DNA from: Nitrospirales bacterium
GTDB lineage: Bacteria > Nitrospirota > Nitrospiria > Nitrospirales > UBA8639
Length of the DNA: 64,000 bases
Direction: 5' to 3'
NCBI GenBank assembly: GCA_965203295.1
Contig: CBDBCZ010000015.1
Coordinates: forward strand, 928,001 to 992,000
The translations under genes were made by a program, and so were the position numbers. Position 1 is the stretch's first letter; each line of letters opens with the position of its first letter. This document shows, piece after piece, positions 40,920-51,519 of this stretch. The notes under the pieces were generated by a model. It was not told the origin of the DNA. It searched no databases and was given only the letters and a program-made list of their open reading frames with translations.

Positions 40920-41120
40920 TACAAAACATTTACTACCATCTCAATGGTTAGTCTCGGTACCAGCCCACCTATCAAGTCGGAGATCGCTTAGTGGCGGGAT
41001 ACTGTAAGCGATCTCCGACTTGATAGGTGGGCTGGTACCGAGACTACTCGATGGTATACATCCCACCATCCAGTTCACAGTTGAAGAGAAGGAAAAGGTA
41101 CTCCTGTTTCTGAATACCAA
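40920..41120 (+). mobile_element. Penelope-like element RT remnant, interrupted by a palindromic insertion
   Basis: 41047+ translates to LDGIHPTIQFTVEEKEKVLLFLNT, resembling the PLE RT motif LNSIHPSIQFTxExE...LPFLD. YHLNG lies just before the insertion. Confidence 0.65.
40949..41046. mobile_element. 98-bp palindromic miniature element (42-bp perfect arms, 14-nt loop, 9-bp flanking duplication)
   Basis: 40949-40990 is the exact reverse complement of 41005-41046. The flanks are CTCAATGGT and CTCGATGGT. Confidence 0.9.
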
Positions 41121-41156
41121 ATCTATTTGAGAATAAATAAGAATACTGGGCATAAC

Positions 41157-41220
41157 TAGCCTTGTACCCAGGCCTTCCCCTCACTTTCGCGAGTGCAGGG
41201 AAGGCCTAGGTATGAGGCTA
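41157..41220. mobile_element. 64-bp palindromic miniature element, same end family, decayed
   Basis: TAGCCTTGTACCCAGGCCTTCCC...GGGAAGGCCTAGGTATGAGGCTA. The flanks are GGGCATAAC and GGGCTTCCC (6/9 match). Confidence 0.75.
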
Positions 41221-41312
41221 GGGCTTCCCTTCTAGGAGCTGAGTAGGCTAGACTAATCCCGAAGACTTTGAATTCTTTGCTTTTGGTTTGGCCTGTAGCT
41301 ACTGTATTGATG

Positions 41313-41358
41313 TCTGCCCTGATGAAGACAGCAGCACAGCAGTTAAAAAGTCAGCATT
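41313..41358 (+). ncRNA. Degenerate hammerhead-ribozyme-like motif of a Penelope terminal repeat
   Basis: CCCTGATGAAGAC-AGCAGCACAGCA-GTTAAAAAGTC keeps the CUGAUGA box, but the GAAA box reads AAAA. It lies ~200 bp downstream of a PLE RT remnant on the same strand. Confidence 0.45.
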
Positions 41359-41621
41359 CCTTTGACAATGAAAGTTTTGAGACGCCAAATTCATGGTTGG
41401 TGGAAAGAGAACTCCGATCAATATATAAATGCTACCTGGCTTATCGTTGAGACTGCTTGGTTATGATGGGTTATAGTACTCTACTGTCTATGTTTGTAAA
41501 TAATATTCCCTTAGAGCATGGAACCTAAATCTTTGGAAGCCCTTCTATCAACATAGCAATAACTGCTATCTAATGCTGGTTAAGGAATCTGGTTCATAGT
41601 ATTAGTACTATTATAGGAAGA

Positions 41622-41660
41622 TAGTCTCGTGAGTCAGCCCCTCGCTGGCTCGCGAGACTA
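41622..41660. mobile_element. 39-bp palindromic miniature element, same end family
   Basis: TAGTCTCGTGAGTCAGC-CCCTC-GCTGGCTCGCGAGACTA. The flanks are ATAGGAAGA and TGAGGAAGA (7/9 match). Confidence 0.8.
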
Positions 41661-41830
41661 TGAGGAAGACAGGTATCAGTGACATGCCTTTGCTAATCTT
41701 AACAAGTTTCTTCACAACCAAGTGCCAAAAAGAGAACCTGAGCAATTACTTTACTAACCTTTAAGCAGGTGATCTGTAGTTTGGCAACTCTAGCTGAGAT
41801 GCTGATAACAGAATGAGAATTGTACATACA

Positions 41831-41950
41831 TAGCGGTACGGGATCCCCGTACCGCTAGCGAAATAGGGCCCGTGGGGGTCCTCACATCGCTAGCGTTTTT
41901 GGGACGGGGCCCCATATCGCGGGGGTCCCCAAATCGCGCTTACACCGGCG
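41831..41950. mobile_element. GC-rich MITE-like fragment with a 12-bp perfect hairpin
   Basis: TAGCGGTACGGG-ATC-CCCGTACCGCTA (41831-41857), followed by repeated CGCTAGCG, GGGCCC and GGGGGTCC motifs and ending in ACACCGGC. Confidence 0.5.
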
Positions 41951-42420
41951 CCAGATTCTATATGCGCTTAGTGGGCGGGGCTGAGATCATAAATGCAATA
42001 ACCATGCATAACCATTGGTTATTGTAGCTATGCTGGGATTAACTACAAGCGCATATGCGCCACATGTGACTTCGTGCGCGGCGCGTAGCGCTGAGCGCTG
42101 CTGCGAGAACTCGGAACTACATGGAGCTCGCGAAGAGCTAGCTACGCCAGACTGCGCTTATATCTACCTTTCAACCACAGCTGCGATATCTGAAAAGTGG
42201 GAGTGCGCCCATAATTTGCCTATGTCGAATGCCAGAGACAGTGCTGGAAAAATTCTGCCTGGACTGGTGAGCTATATGTTGTAGCTGCATGAGAACTAAG
42301 ATGACAGTAGGCATTCTGCCCTAGCAAGATTTCTCATCTTGCAACAAAAATCTTGCAAGATGGTAGGCATTAAAATCTTGTGTGAATTCTTGCTAGGCTC
42401 ATAGGGAAGTCCTGCAAGAT

Positions 42421-42441
42421 TAGCCTCGCGTATCGAGACTA
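42421..42441. mobile_element. 21-bp minimal element, same end family, with a perfect 9-bp flanking duplication
   Basis: CTGCAAGAT-[TAGCCTCG CGTAT CGAGACTA]-CTGCAAGAT. Confidence 0.7.
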
Positions 42442-42708
42442 CTGCAAGATCTGGTGTAAGAACCTTGCAAAACGTTTGTCAGATTCCTCACAATTGTCTT
42501 ACATAAGTTTAGTAATTAATCGTAAAGAAAAATTGCAGGAATGACGTGTAATTATAGTAATACAAGTCAGAATATACATCGTAATAAAATACATGTAACG
42601 TTGCCTTATGATCCTGGCTATCTTGATTCCAGTTGCTCCGAATAACAATAGATATAATATATAATATTTCTATTAACTAGCAAGTGCATGTAACTACCAA
42701 AACCAGAG

Positions 42709-43110
42709 ATTGCATTATATGCTTGCTCTAGTTTGGTGCTTACTATGGAAACATGTGTAGTACTATGAGTCACTTCTGTAGCTTTTGCGGAAAAGGAAAC
42801 ACTTTGTTTAATTACTAACACGCAATTACCTCGGATTGACTCTACTCTATGTAATAGGAAGTATTCTACAGTTTGTATTTCCCACATGAGCTGGTGTTTG
42901 GGTGATTTCTGCATTATATAGTTGCTCTGGCTTGGTGCTTTGTATGTGGACTTGTGTAGTGCTATGGGTCACTTTTGTAGTTTTTGCAAAAAAGGGGAAC
43001 AATTTATTACATTTTGAACATGCAGCTACCTTAGAATAACTCTACTGAATGTAATAAGAAGTAGTCTACAGCTTAATTTTCCCATATGAACTGGTTTGCC
43101 AGCTAATTGT
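42709..43110. repeat. Old diverged tandem dimer, ~200-bp period
   Basis: TGCATTATAT..TTGCTCT..TTGGTGCTT...GTCACTT.TGTAG...ACTCTACT...ATGTAATA.GAAGTA.TCTACAG starts at both ~42710 and ~42910. Confidence 0.75.
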
Positions 43111-43398
43111 TTCACAGTTTGTAGAACAGACTATCACAGTTGCCCAGCAACCCTCATGTACCCTAGGGTATATGGATGTGTATACCCCGGCTTGAAAGGC
43201 ACTGCCAAAGTAGATGGGGTTTGTACACTGTGGTGGTGCCTTCCAAGTGACTAGAACTATGCAAATGTAGGTCTGTTGCTTTGCAGCTTGTGTGTATCCC
43301 AATGTAGCCCAACAAAAGCTTAGAGTAACACTGGAACTCTTGAAAGACCACCTCTATGGGTGACTTGTTGGTTTATAATTACTAAACAACATACTGAT

Positions 43399-43680
43399 GT
43401 ATTAAAATGCACACATACATCGTGTGGAAGTTATTAAATTGTGCGTTTGACCAGTCGTCTGTTTGATTCAAAAACTGCGAACTAGACATTTCGCTATAGC
43501 CTTGTCACTTTCTTTGTACGTATATGCTCTTGTTTGTCCAGCTCTTAGCATTTACGTAACAGTAATCATGTGGCAACTGACTTGTTTAGCTCAGTTTCTC
43601 TTTGTAAATGTATGTACATACCCTCTTATGACCATACATATTCACTAGCACATCACAGAACCTTAAGTTTGAATGCTCAA
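43399..43680 (+). repeat. ~280-bp duplicated segment (second copy ~46186-46462)
   Basis: TATTAAAATGCACACATA...GTTTGACCAGTCGTCTG...GAACCTTAAGTTTG.ATGCTCA occurs at both sites. Confidence 0.9.
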
Positions 43681-43922
43681 AAGGTGTTCTTAAAAGTAAT
43701 AAAACGGGAGGTAATGATGGACTAGTTGGGGAGTTTTTTAAGTACGGGGAGAAAAGAATGGCTAATCTGTTGATAGTCTTATATGAGGTAGTTTGGATAA
43801 GGGAGAGTGTTTCCAAACATCAGAGACAAGGGTTGATTATTAGCTTTTATAGAAAGGTGATGCTGAGGACCCAGGTAATTACAGAGGCATTACACTATTG
43901 AATGTGGTCGGAAAGCTATTTT
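43680..43922 (+). mobile_element. Non-LTR retrotransposon RT fragment (paralogous to ~47570-47800)
   Basis: With frameshifts it translates to GNDGLVGEFFKYG...MANLL.VLYEVVW...KGDAEDPGNYRGITLLNVVGKLF, the KGD..NYR.I.LL motif at the start of LINE RT. Confidence 0.88.
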
Positions 43923-44086
43923 GACCCAAGAGATATTAGGACAAGTTATGCATGTAATGCATAGGCATAGGAGATGGCTGACTCAGCCAAGCAGATCAGC
44001 TCCGTTTATATTCCTTATCAGGAAAGTCACAAATGTCTATCACTAATTGCTGCTATTGTTACTGCTAACTGCAGCACTTATCTTGA

Positions 44087-44308
44087 ACTAGGCAGTGTGT
44101 ACAGTAGCTGTGTCTTCACATTGTACAGGTGGAATTATTGACTCCTTCCCAGCATATTTGACTAGGCAGTGTGTACAGTAGCTGTGCCTTCACATTGTAC
44201 AGGTGGAACTATTGACTCCTTCCCAGCATATTTGACTAGGCAGTGTGTATAGTAGCTGTGTCTTCACATTGTACAGGTGGAACTATTGACTCCTTCCCAG
44301 CATATTTG
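44087..44308 (+). repeat. 74-bp tandem repeat x3 containing a splice acceptor and exon start
   Basis: ACTAGGCAGTGTGT...TGTACAGGTGGAA...CCCAGCATATTTG starts at 44087, 44161 and 44235. Confidence 0.97.
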
Positions 44309-44571
44309 ACGATACCCCCAATATCCAGGGAGCTGGACCAAGGGAGTTGTGCATTGATGGGAATGGGTGGGTGAGAACACCATCGTAATAGTACGTAGTT
44401 GATGGCTTGTGAATAATGAACTGCATAATAAACCACGCAGGATGATATTCTTCTTGAAGTTCAGATCCAGAACACCACTACATGTCAAATGTACTCAGAA
44501 GTTGTAAAGTTTGACCCTGCTGCGGGCTTTGAAGCTGTTAATCTCAACAAGCTTGCAAATAAAGAGGAAGA
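44129..44571 (+). pseudogene. TRAPPC13: TRAPPC13 fragment, copy C: triplicated start of the VELLTPSQ exon, and the DDILLEVQIQN exon at 44441-44571 with a dead donor
   Basis: Homologous to 38486+ and 39569+, with intron homology extending back to ~43925. Two internal deletions remove the intervening exons, and the donor reads ATAAG instead of GTAAG. Confidence 0.9.
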
Positions 44572-46595
44572 ATAAGTCCATTTGAAATGTAGCACACCAG
44601 TTTGTTCGTAGGTGCAATAGTATACAATGTACGTAGTTGGCCCCTTGTGCCTCTTCAAGCAGTTGGGAAGGTAAATCAGTTTGTACGTGTACGTTGGTGC
44701 AATAGTAGACAATGTACGTAGTTAGCTAAACACTATCACAGAATCAGGTATTGGATTCCTGGTAGCTAGTGTCGACCAGCAGCTGAGAACAATGCTGGAT
44801 CATAACTCACAGTTAGCTGAAACTTTGAATTAACAGGTGTCACTTTATTGAACCAATAAGTGAGTAACTGGGTCTTAAGGAATCTCTATCAAACAGCTGC
44901 TGATCCGTGGTAATGACAATACCAATATCTGTCAACAGCATGAGTGCATATAATAGTTTATATATATATAAATGCACTCTTGGAAAACAGTCATGTTGAT
45001 GTGCAATCACAGAGGTAGTTGGACATGTAGTGCAATGATGATCTTGTCATTATCAATAACCACTGGGGAACCTTAGCCTACCCTGGCAACTGGGCTGGAG
45101 AAAATTAGTGTGTCTGGCTTCAGTGTCTGGCTGTTGGGTGTTGCTAACTTTTTGGGTTGATTTAGCAAATCATGTTTATCAGTAGTTTTTCTATTGTAAT
45201 TGAAGGATTAGGAGACCAGATAAAGGCTAAACTACAGTAGAGCCTTAGTTCACTTTTAATTCACGGAGGCTTTCCTGGTGTGAGTCAAATTAAGAGCTGT
45301 ATGTAGCTGCTGGTCAGCTCTAGGTGCTGCACACACCATCACTGCACTGACAAAGCCCAAATAGCTGTCAGTGTTTCAGTTCTTTGTACTTTACTTATGA
45401 TAGTATGTTTGTATACTTACAGAGCATTGGCCCTCTTACATAAGTGGACATGCTTTCAAATCAGAAGAAATGCATTAGTAGGATTGGACAGGTATTTGTA
45501 GGTCACTTACCAAATGGTACTTTGACACAAGGCTTTTTGCATCTTAACTCCTAGTTATATTTGTTTGTTCACACAGCTGTGTAAACAAGTGTACATTTGT
45601 TGTGGAAGTAGATTGAGTGTCACCTGTGCATGGGCTGTGGGGCATGGGTGGGGTGGGGTGACAACTTGCTCTGGCCTACACTTGTACTTTTCTTGTCTCT
45701 GTTAAGGGCACGTGGTAACTTCAGTGGTAGTCACAGAATCAAACCGATTACTTTCAGTATCAGCATGGCATGTGGAAGAGTGTCAGCATCAGGCTATCAG
45801 CACACATCTCTTCCACATGCCAATACTGTAAGTGATGGATGCTGTAGAATGTAAGTGGGCTGGCTTGTGAAACTACTTTAGTGAACCAGACGCTATGAAT
45901 ATTCTACAGTTGTACGTTTTCAATTGCAAGGCCTTTCATATAAGAAACACTCCTTTGCCCATTACAAGCTGTTACACAATAAAGTTTTGAGCTTTGCAAA
46001 CCTTTACCACGCAGGCCAGTGCTATTTCAAATTTCTGTACTGACATAAATGCAATCTGTTGCAGTCAGGAAGCTACATCAAACTTGCATGTGAGTGGCAT
46101 GATTGTGTAGCTACTGTTTCAATTAATTCAGGGTTAAGATGCCCCTCCAGTTTCCATGAACTTGGCATGATATAATTATTGATCTATTAAAATGCACACA
46201 TAGATCTATAGTGTGGAAGTTATTAAATTGTACGTTTGACCAGTCGTCTGTTTGATTCAAAAACTGCGAACTAGACATTTCACTGTACCCTTGTCACTTT
46301 CTTTGTACGTATATGCTCTTGTTTGTTCTGCTCTTAGCATGTAGCTGTATTCATGTGGCAGCTGACTTGTTTAGCTCAGTTTCTCTTTGTAATTATGTAG
46401 ATGCCCTCCTATGACCATACATATTCACTAGCACATCACAGAACCTTAAGTTTGCATGCTCAGGGTAAGGCCCACCTACTCCTAACCATAACATAAGCCA
46501 TAAGCCACATTTCTGGCCTTGGATGGAGAAAAATCAGATACAGGCCAGGGGTGGAACAGGGTTGTACGTAGTATGTCACCTATTCTATTTTCCAT

Positions 46596-46880
46596 TTTTA
46601 CCCCATGCATATACGGCAAGGTTAAGCAATTGGCTCTGTTTGTCTGTCTGTCTGTCTGTCTGTCGTCTGTACAATGAAATAAATTGCAATCTAGCGATTT
46701 ACAGGGTTTAACAATCGCTAAATCCGACCTTTATATTTGGATACCTGATAGTTATACCAAAAGCGGTTTCTACTCTCCTCTCTTTCTTATTTAACAGGGT
46801 AAGGCCCACCATTTTTAATAGAGTCAAACACTCCATTGCCACCGAGGGCTTGCATGTATGTGGGTTCTAAACACGTGTTT
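46596..46880 (+). mobile_element. Helentron-associated (HINE/DINE-1-like) non-autonomous element
   Basis: Starts TTTTACCCCATGCATATACGGCAAGG and has an internal (GTCT)n tract at 46641-46670. A degenerate inverted copy of the start (CTTGCATGTATGTGGGT) lies near the 3' end, followed by the palindrome AAACACGTGTTT (46869-46880). This matches the established DINE-1/HINE layout. Confidence 0.6.
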
Positions 46881-47049
46881 ATATAGAACTGTATGGATAG
46901 ACTTGTATTTATCTATCAATTAGATAAAGCTGGGATTGGAATAACTATTAAGTATGATGTTAATAAGAGTGGGGGTCTAATGTAATTACTACTTCTGAGG
47001 TAAGGTTAAAGTCTAACATTAAAAAAGAGTGCCTTTATTATTTTTCTAG

Positions 47050-47460
47050 AGAGGTTAATTGTTCAGGTACATGTACATGGAAGTGGGGAGATAAAGGGTT
47101 GCAAGTTACTGTTATTTGGGCATTGAATTGTCAATAATGGTCATGATACAATAATGTACAGAGGGTAATTAAAAGTGGAAAGCAAAAACTTAGAAATATC
47201 AATACAGTTGGAGTGTTAATTTTGTTACTTTGCCCCACTTTAGAGTATGGTAGTGAAGTGTGGGCTTAATATGGAGACAGCTTCTTTAGAATCTATTCAG
47301 CTACGTAGGAGCAGCTAAAAGATACTTGGCTGCTCTTCTAAAAATTCAAATAAATATGCAATGAAACAATAAAGGAAGATATAGGAATAGAACCTTTGAA
47401 AGGCAGGAGGAATAAGTGCAAACTTAAGTGGTGGTTGCGTATATAGAGTCAAGAGTGGGA
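47050..47460 (+). mobile_element. Non-LTR retrotransposon, post-RT (thumb/C-terminal) fragment
   Basis: Degenerate translation WKWGDK..VASYCYLG...PTLEYGSEVW...LESIQL..AAKKILGCSS...DIGIEPLKGRRNKCKLKWW. Its first part is paralogous to 48380-48500. Confidence 0.75.
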
Positions 47461-47559
47461 AATGAAACTGTATAGAGGTACTGAAGATTACTGAGATAGT
47501 AGATGAGGCTTTGAGGTATAGAGAATACTATAAGCTGGAATAGTCAAGGTTGGTAGCTA

Positions 47560-48530
47560 AGCAGAAATTAAAAGATGTTCTAAAAGCCTAAAGAATAAAA
47601 AGCAGAAGGTAATGATGGGCTAGTTGGGGAGCTTTTTAAGTATGGTGGCGAAGGAATGGCTAATCTGTTGAAAGTTTATATGAAGTAGTTTGGACAGAGG
47701 AGACTATTCCGCAGACAAGGGTCAATTGTTAACTTGTATAAAAAAGGTGATGCTGAGGACCCGGGTAATTACAGAGGCATTGCACTATTAAATGTGGTAG
47801 GTTTTGCAAGATTCTAAATAACCGCTTAGTAATCAGATTAGAATCAGAAAGGGCTCTTCATGAGAGTCAGGCAGGATTTAGAGAGTTTCAAAAGGAGTTG
47901 GTTTGATATCATTTTATCTCGAAATGAAATCATACAAGGCACAATTAGGGAAGGAAAACACACTTACACTTTCGTGTTAGATGTTCAGAAAGCATTTGTC
48001 ACAATTTGGCATAATGGCTTACGGGAACCTGGTGATAGAGGTAGGATGTGGAGAGATAATTATTAAGACTATGTATGACATCGCACAGAGTGCTGTTTTA
48101 CTGGAGGGATTAAAATCCAAATCATTCATTATAGGTCGGGTGGTACGGGTTGTAATATGTCTCCTATCCTGCATGTATTTTCCAATCAGTTGTTAGATGA
48201 GATCACAAAGGCTGGGATTGGCACAACTATTAAGACTGATGTTATATGTTGGGGGTCTAGTGTTTGCTGATGATTTTGTAGGTTTAATTACTAATACTGA
48301 GGACTTACAAACATTGATTAATGTAGTACAGGAATTTTGTAAAGGAGAGTGCTGTTATGGTGTTTTCCATAGAGGTTGATACAGGTACATTCACACGGAA
48401 GTGGGGAGATAAAGACATTCCAAGGGTTGCAAGTTACAGTTTTTGTGGATTGAATTTGTTAATAATGGTTCATTGGATAGACATGTACAGATTGTGATCG
48501 TGAAAGGAAAAAAACTTAATCACTTACACA
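47560..48530 (+). mobile_element. Degenerate non-LTR retrotransposon reverse transcriptase core
   Basis: Motifs appear in order across frameshifts: KKGDAEDPGNYRGIALLNVV, LHESQAGFR, FVLDVQKAF, SP, GLVFADDFVGL, DLQTLINVV. Confidence 0.93.
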
Positions 48531-48835
48531 GTGTTGTGAGAAGGTTTTGGTATGTACGTGCTGTCTTCATGTCGATTAACCAACAGAAATCACACAGATA
48601 TTTATCAAACGGTACCAAGTAGGGCAATTTATTACAATGACACTCGATCACTTTTGTAATTTCCTGTAACTAAGTTCACATATCATGTAGACCTAGCTAC
48701 ATTCGCATTGTTTCTTGCAGAATCAAAGTACATGACCACAGTGATGTTTCCATGTGGTAGTGGGCCACTTGTGTGGACCTACAGAATAGTTACCTATTAG
48801 ATAACGTGTGTGCCTGTCTCCCTGTTGTCCTACAG

Positions 48836-48916
48836 ACTCATTACAGAGCGAAAGAAGAAAAGAAAGCAGCTGAAGACAAGAAAGAGTCAATGTTTGATCC
48901 CAAAGAGCTGCTGGCT
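48836..48916 (+). other. Candidate orphan exon of an unidentified gene
   Basis: A pyrimidine tract plus TACAG acceptor precedes 81 open nt (THYRAKEEKKAAEDKKESMFDPKELLA), followed by a GTGAGT donor. No family was recognised. Confidence 0.3.
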
Positions 48917-49382
48917 GTGAGTGTTTACACCATGAATTACTTCTGACATTTGTTTTATTGGCCAATTCAATCTGCTTTAAAATTATATATCTGATGATAG
49001 GTCTGACTACAGCTATACTATCTCAGCTGCTAAAATCAGCTTTAGCTTACTGATTATATCACTCAAATCTGATAAAGACAGTACATATATGTATAGACAA
49101 AGACCTGTGTGCACAAAGAAGCATTAAACTGCATCTACTACACACACATGGTGCACTCCAAAACACCCCCTGCAAACACATGTGACTGTCTTTATCTATC
49201 ATAACATACATGCACACACGTGGGCATAGCAAAATCATTAGGCTTGCCTTGGGCCCCCAAAACCTCATATCAGCTTTGTCCTCACTGTTCGGTGAAACTA
49301 GAACACCGCATACACACATACACATGTGACACACACACAACACACACGCACACACACACAAACACACACACACACACACACA

Positions 49383-49705
49383 AATGCAAATTCTGTTGCT
49401 GCTGCTAAGCGGTCACGCGCACCTGGCAAAACCAGGCTGCATACCTGTGCACGAAGCAAATACTCTGAGCCAGTGCTGGCAAAATCCTGGAGCTGATACG
49501 TGAGAGCAATCAGTTGAATTTGCACCCCAGCAAATGCCAGGTATCCATTACAGCTGGGTGGGCTGGTGTGTACTGGTGACATAAGATGGTAATTTACAAC
49601 AAATAAATGATGGAAAGAATAGATAGTCGCCAGTAGTCACGGTGGGATTCAAACCACCAACCCTTGGGTTGTGAGTCCAGTGTTCTAACTACTACACCAC
49701 CGCGA

Positions 49706-49706
<1 letters not shown>
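49383..49706 (-). mobile_element. tRNA-derived SINE, copy 2 (apparently full length, ~320 bp), flanked by (CA)n on both sides
   Basis: tRNA-like head at 49706..49636 with the same body as copy 1. CA-rich tracts lie at ~49310-49382 and 49706-49814. Confidence 0.78.
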
Positions 49707-49819
<113 letters not shown>

Positions 49820-51313
49820 ACTGCATACAGTTATGCGGCTGACAAAGCCGTCTCTAATGACGTCGGTTCCAGTGCTGGGAGAGCCATGGAGCATGCTGGG
49901 TGAGTACAGTCGTATATTTGATACTCATTGTATAATGAACCCATTCCAGTATTTCTGACGCAATGAATTTTGAGATGTCAGGGGCTGAAAACAGGCCAAT
50001 TAAATTCAATCCATTAAATTTTAGCAGGCTAAGTGACTTAATTGCTGACAAAGTAAAGAGGCTGTGGTTTTGATAGTTAACTGCTCTAGTAATTTCTACT
50101 ATGACTGACACTAACTGTATGGTAAAGTACAATTATGATATGCAGCCACTTATGATTACTTATTGTATGTGGTTATACTGAAAGTCTACAGCTAGTTTGA
50201 TTACGTATTACTACAGCTTCTGACTAAACTCAGTTCCTCCTGTTTCTGCATAGTCTCAGTGTGCTTCTTGTAGTGCATGTAAACATTTTGCTGTTCTACC
50301 ATAGATAACTGCCTGATAACATTTTTATACATAATTCATTTTCTTAGTAATTAATCTAACAGCGTTCATCGCACGTTGATCAGCAATACACACTGTAGTA
50401 CATGTACATGTAAGCTCAAGAAGGAGCTTGATAAATCCACCCTAATTACAAACTATGACATTTTCGTTACTAGCCTCTCTTACTCGGCCAGTCATGTAGT
50501 TCTGAAGATAGGTTTCTAGCTTGTTTTCCACATGTGCATACATCTGAGGCTCATTATACCATATTACAATGCATGCATAAAATTTTACCTTTGTTTATTA
50601 ACATTGCTGTGCATGTGCATGTACTTACATGTAGGTACAGCAGTGCAAGATGAAATGGAAGCTGACATAAGGACCCCTCGTTGTTTACCAGCCTTTGCAT
50701 CTGGGGAACTGCTAGCACTACCACACAATTTCAAGTAAGATTAAACTACACTCTGAAGAGAGATATGTAAGGATATATAATTTTGTTTTCCTCCTGTGTA
50801 ACGTACTCTTATTACTGTGGAGAAGTTCTATGTGACCTGCTGTGTGAAAATCCAGCACTTGGACAATTGTCATCAACAGTAGTGAGAATGGATTGGTACA
50901 GGACAAGTTGCTTTTCGTACATGTAGCACTGCCATTTTCATAGCATTGCCGCGATTGAGAATACTGCAAACTCTATGGCATGGAAATTCACGTCTGGGTC
51001 AATAGTGTGGCAATACCTACGTACTAAAATTGGTATGTATTGTCATGGCAGCAATGCCACCTATAAAACTACTCACATTTCAGTTAGTTTGTGCATAGTT
51101 ACGTATCATAAAATTGACTTATTCGAAAGTACTGGTTGTTACACAGCAGGTCGCATTTGTTGATCCACATGTACATACATGTACGTCTGTTAGAGATATG
51201 TCAAAGATTAGCCATTGTTCATGTTGTAGTTGTAACCATGCTCAAAGATGCTTTAGGCCCTTTCCTGTTTCTCTTGTACTTAGACTTCTGACTCCTGATT
51301 TTCCCTTGTCCTT

Positions 51314-51367
51314 GCCACCTGTTCTTGTGCCACCTGTTCTTGTGCCACCTGTTCTTGTGCCACCTGT
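51314..51367. repeat. 15-bp minisatellite (GCCACCTGTTCTTGT) x3.5
   Basis: Units start at 51314, 51329, 51344 and 51359. Confidence 0.95.
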
Positions 51368-51519
51368 CTATGGAACATTCTAGAACTCTCCTTTTTTCTA
51401 TATATATCTCTTTTTGCCACTGTGTAGTAGTTGTTCAGTTATTCAGTCTTCATGATTACTATTGGAATGATACGAGAAGTTGGTGCACCTATCTACTCTG
51501 TGCATCGTTAATCCACTTA

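Noticed and set aside
46461..46810. 16-bp direct repeat CAGGGTAAGGCCCACC as a target-site duplication
   Set aside because: The second copy lies inside the HINE-like element, so it more likely reflects two fragments of the same repeat family.
51188..51480. 5' LTR of the BEL element (TG start, TATA-like run, TGGT downstream)
   Set aside because: There is no second LTR, no clear CA end and no recognisable primer-binding site.
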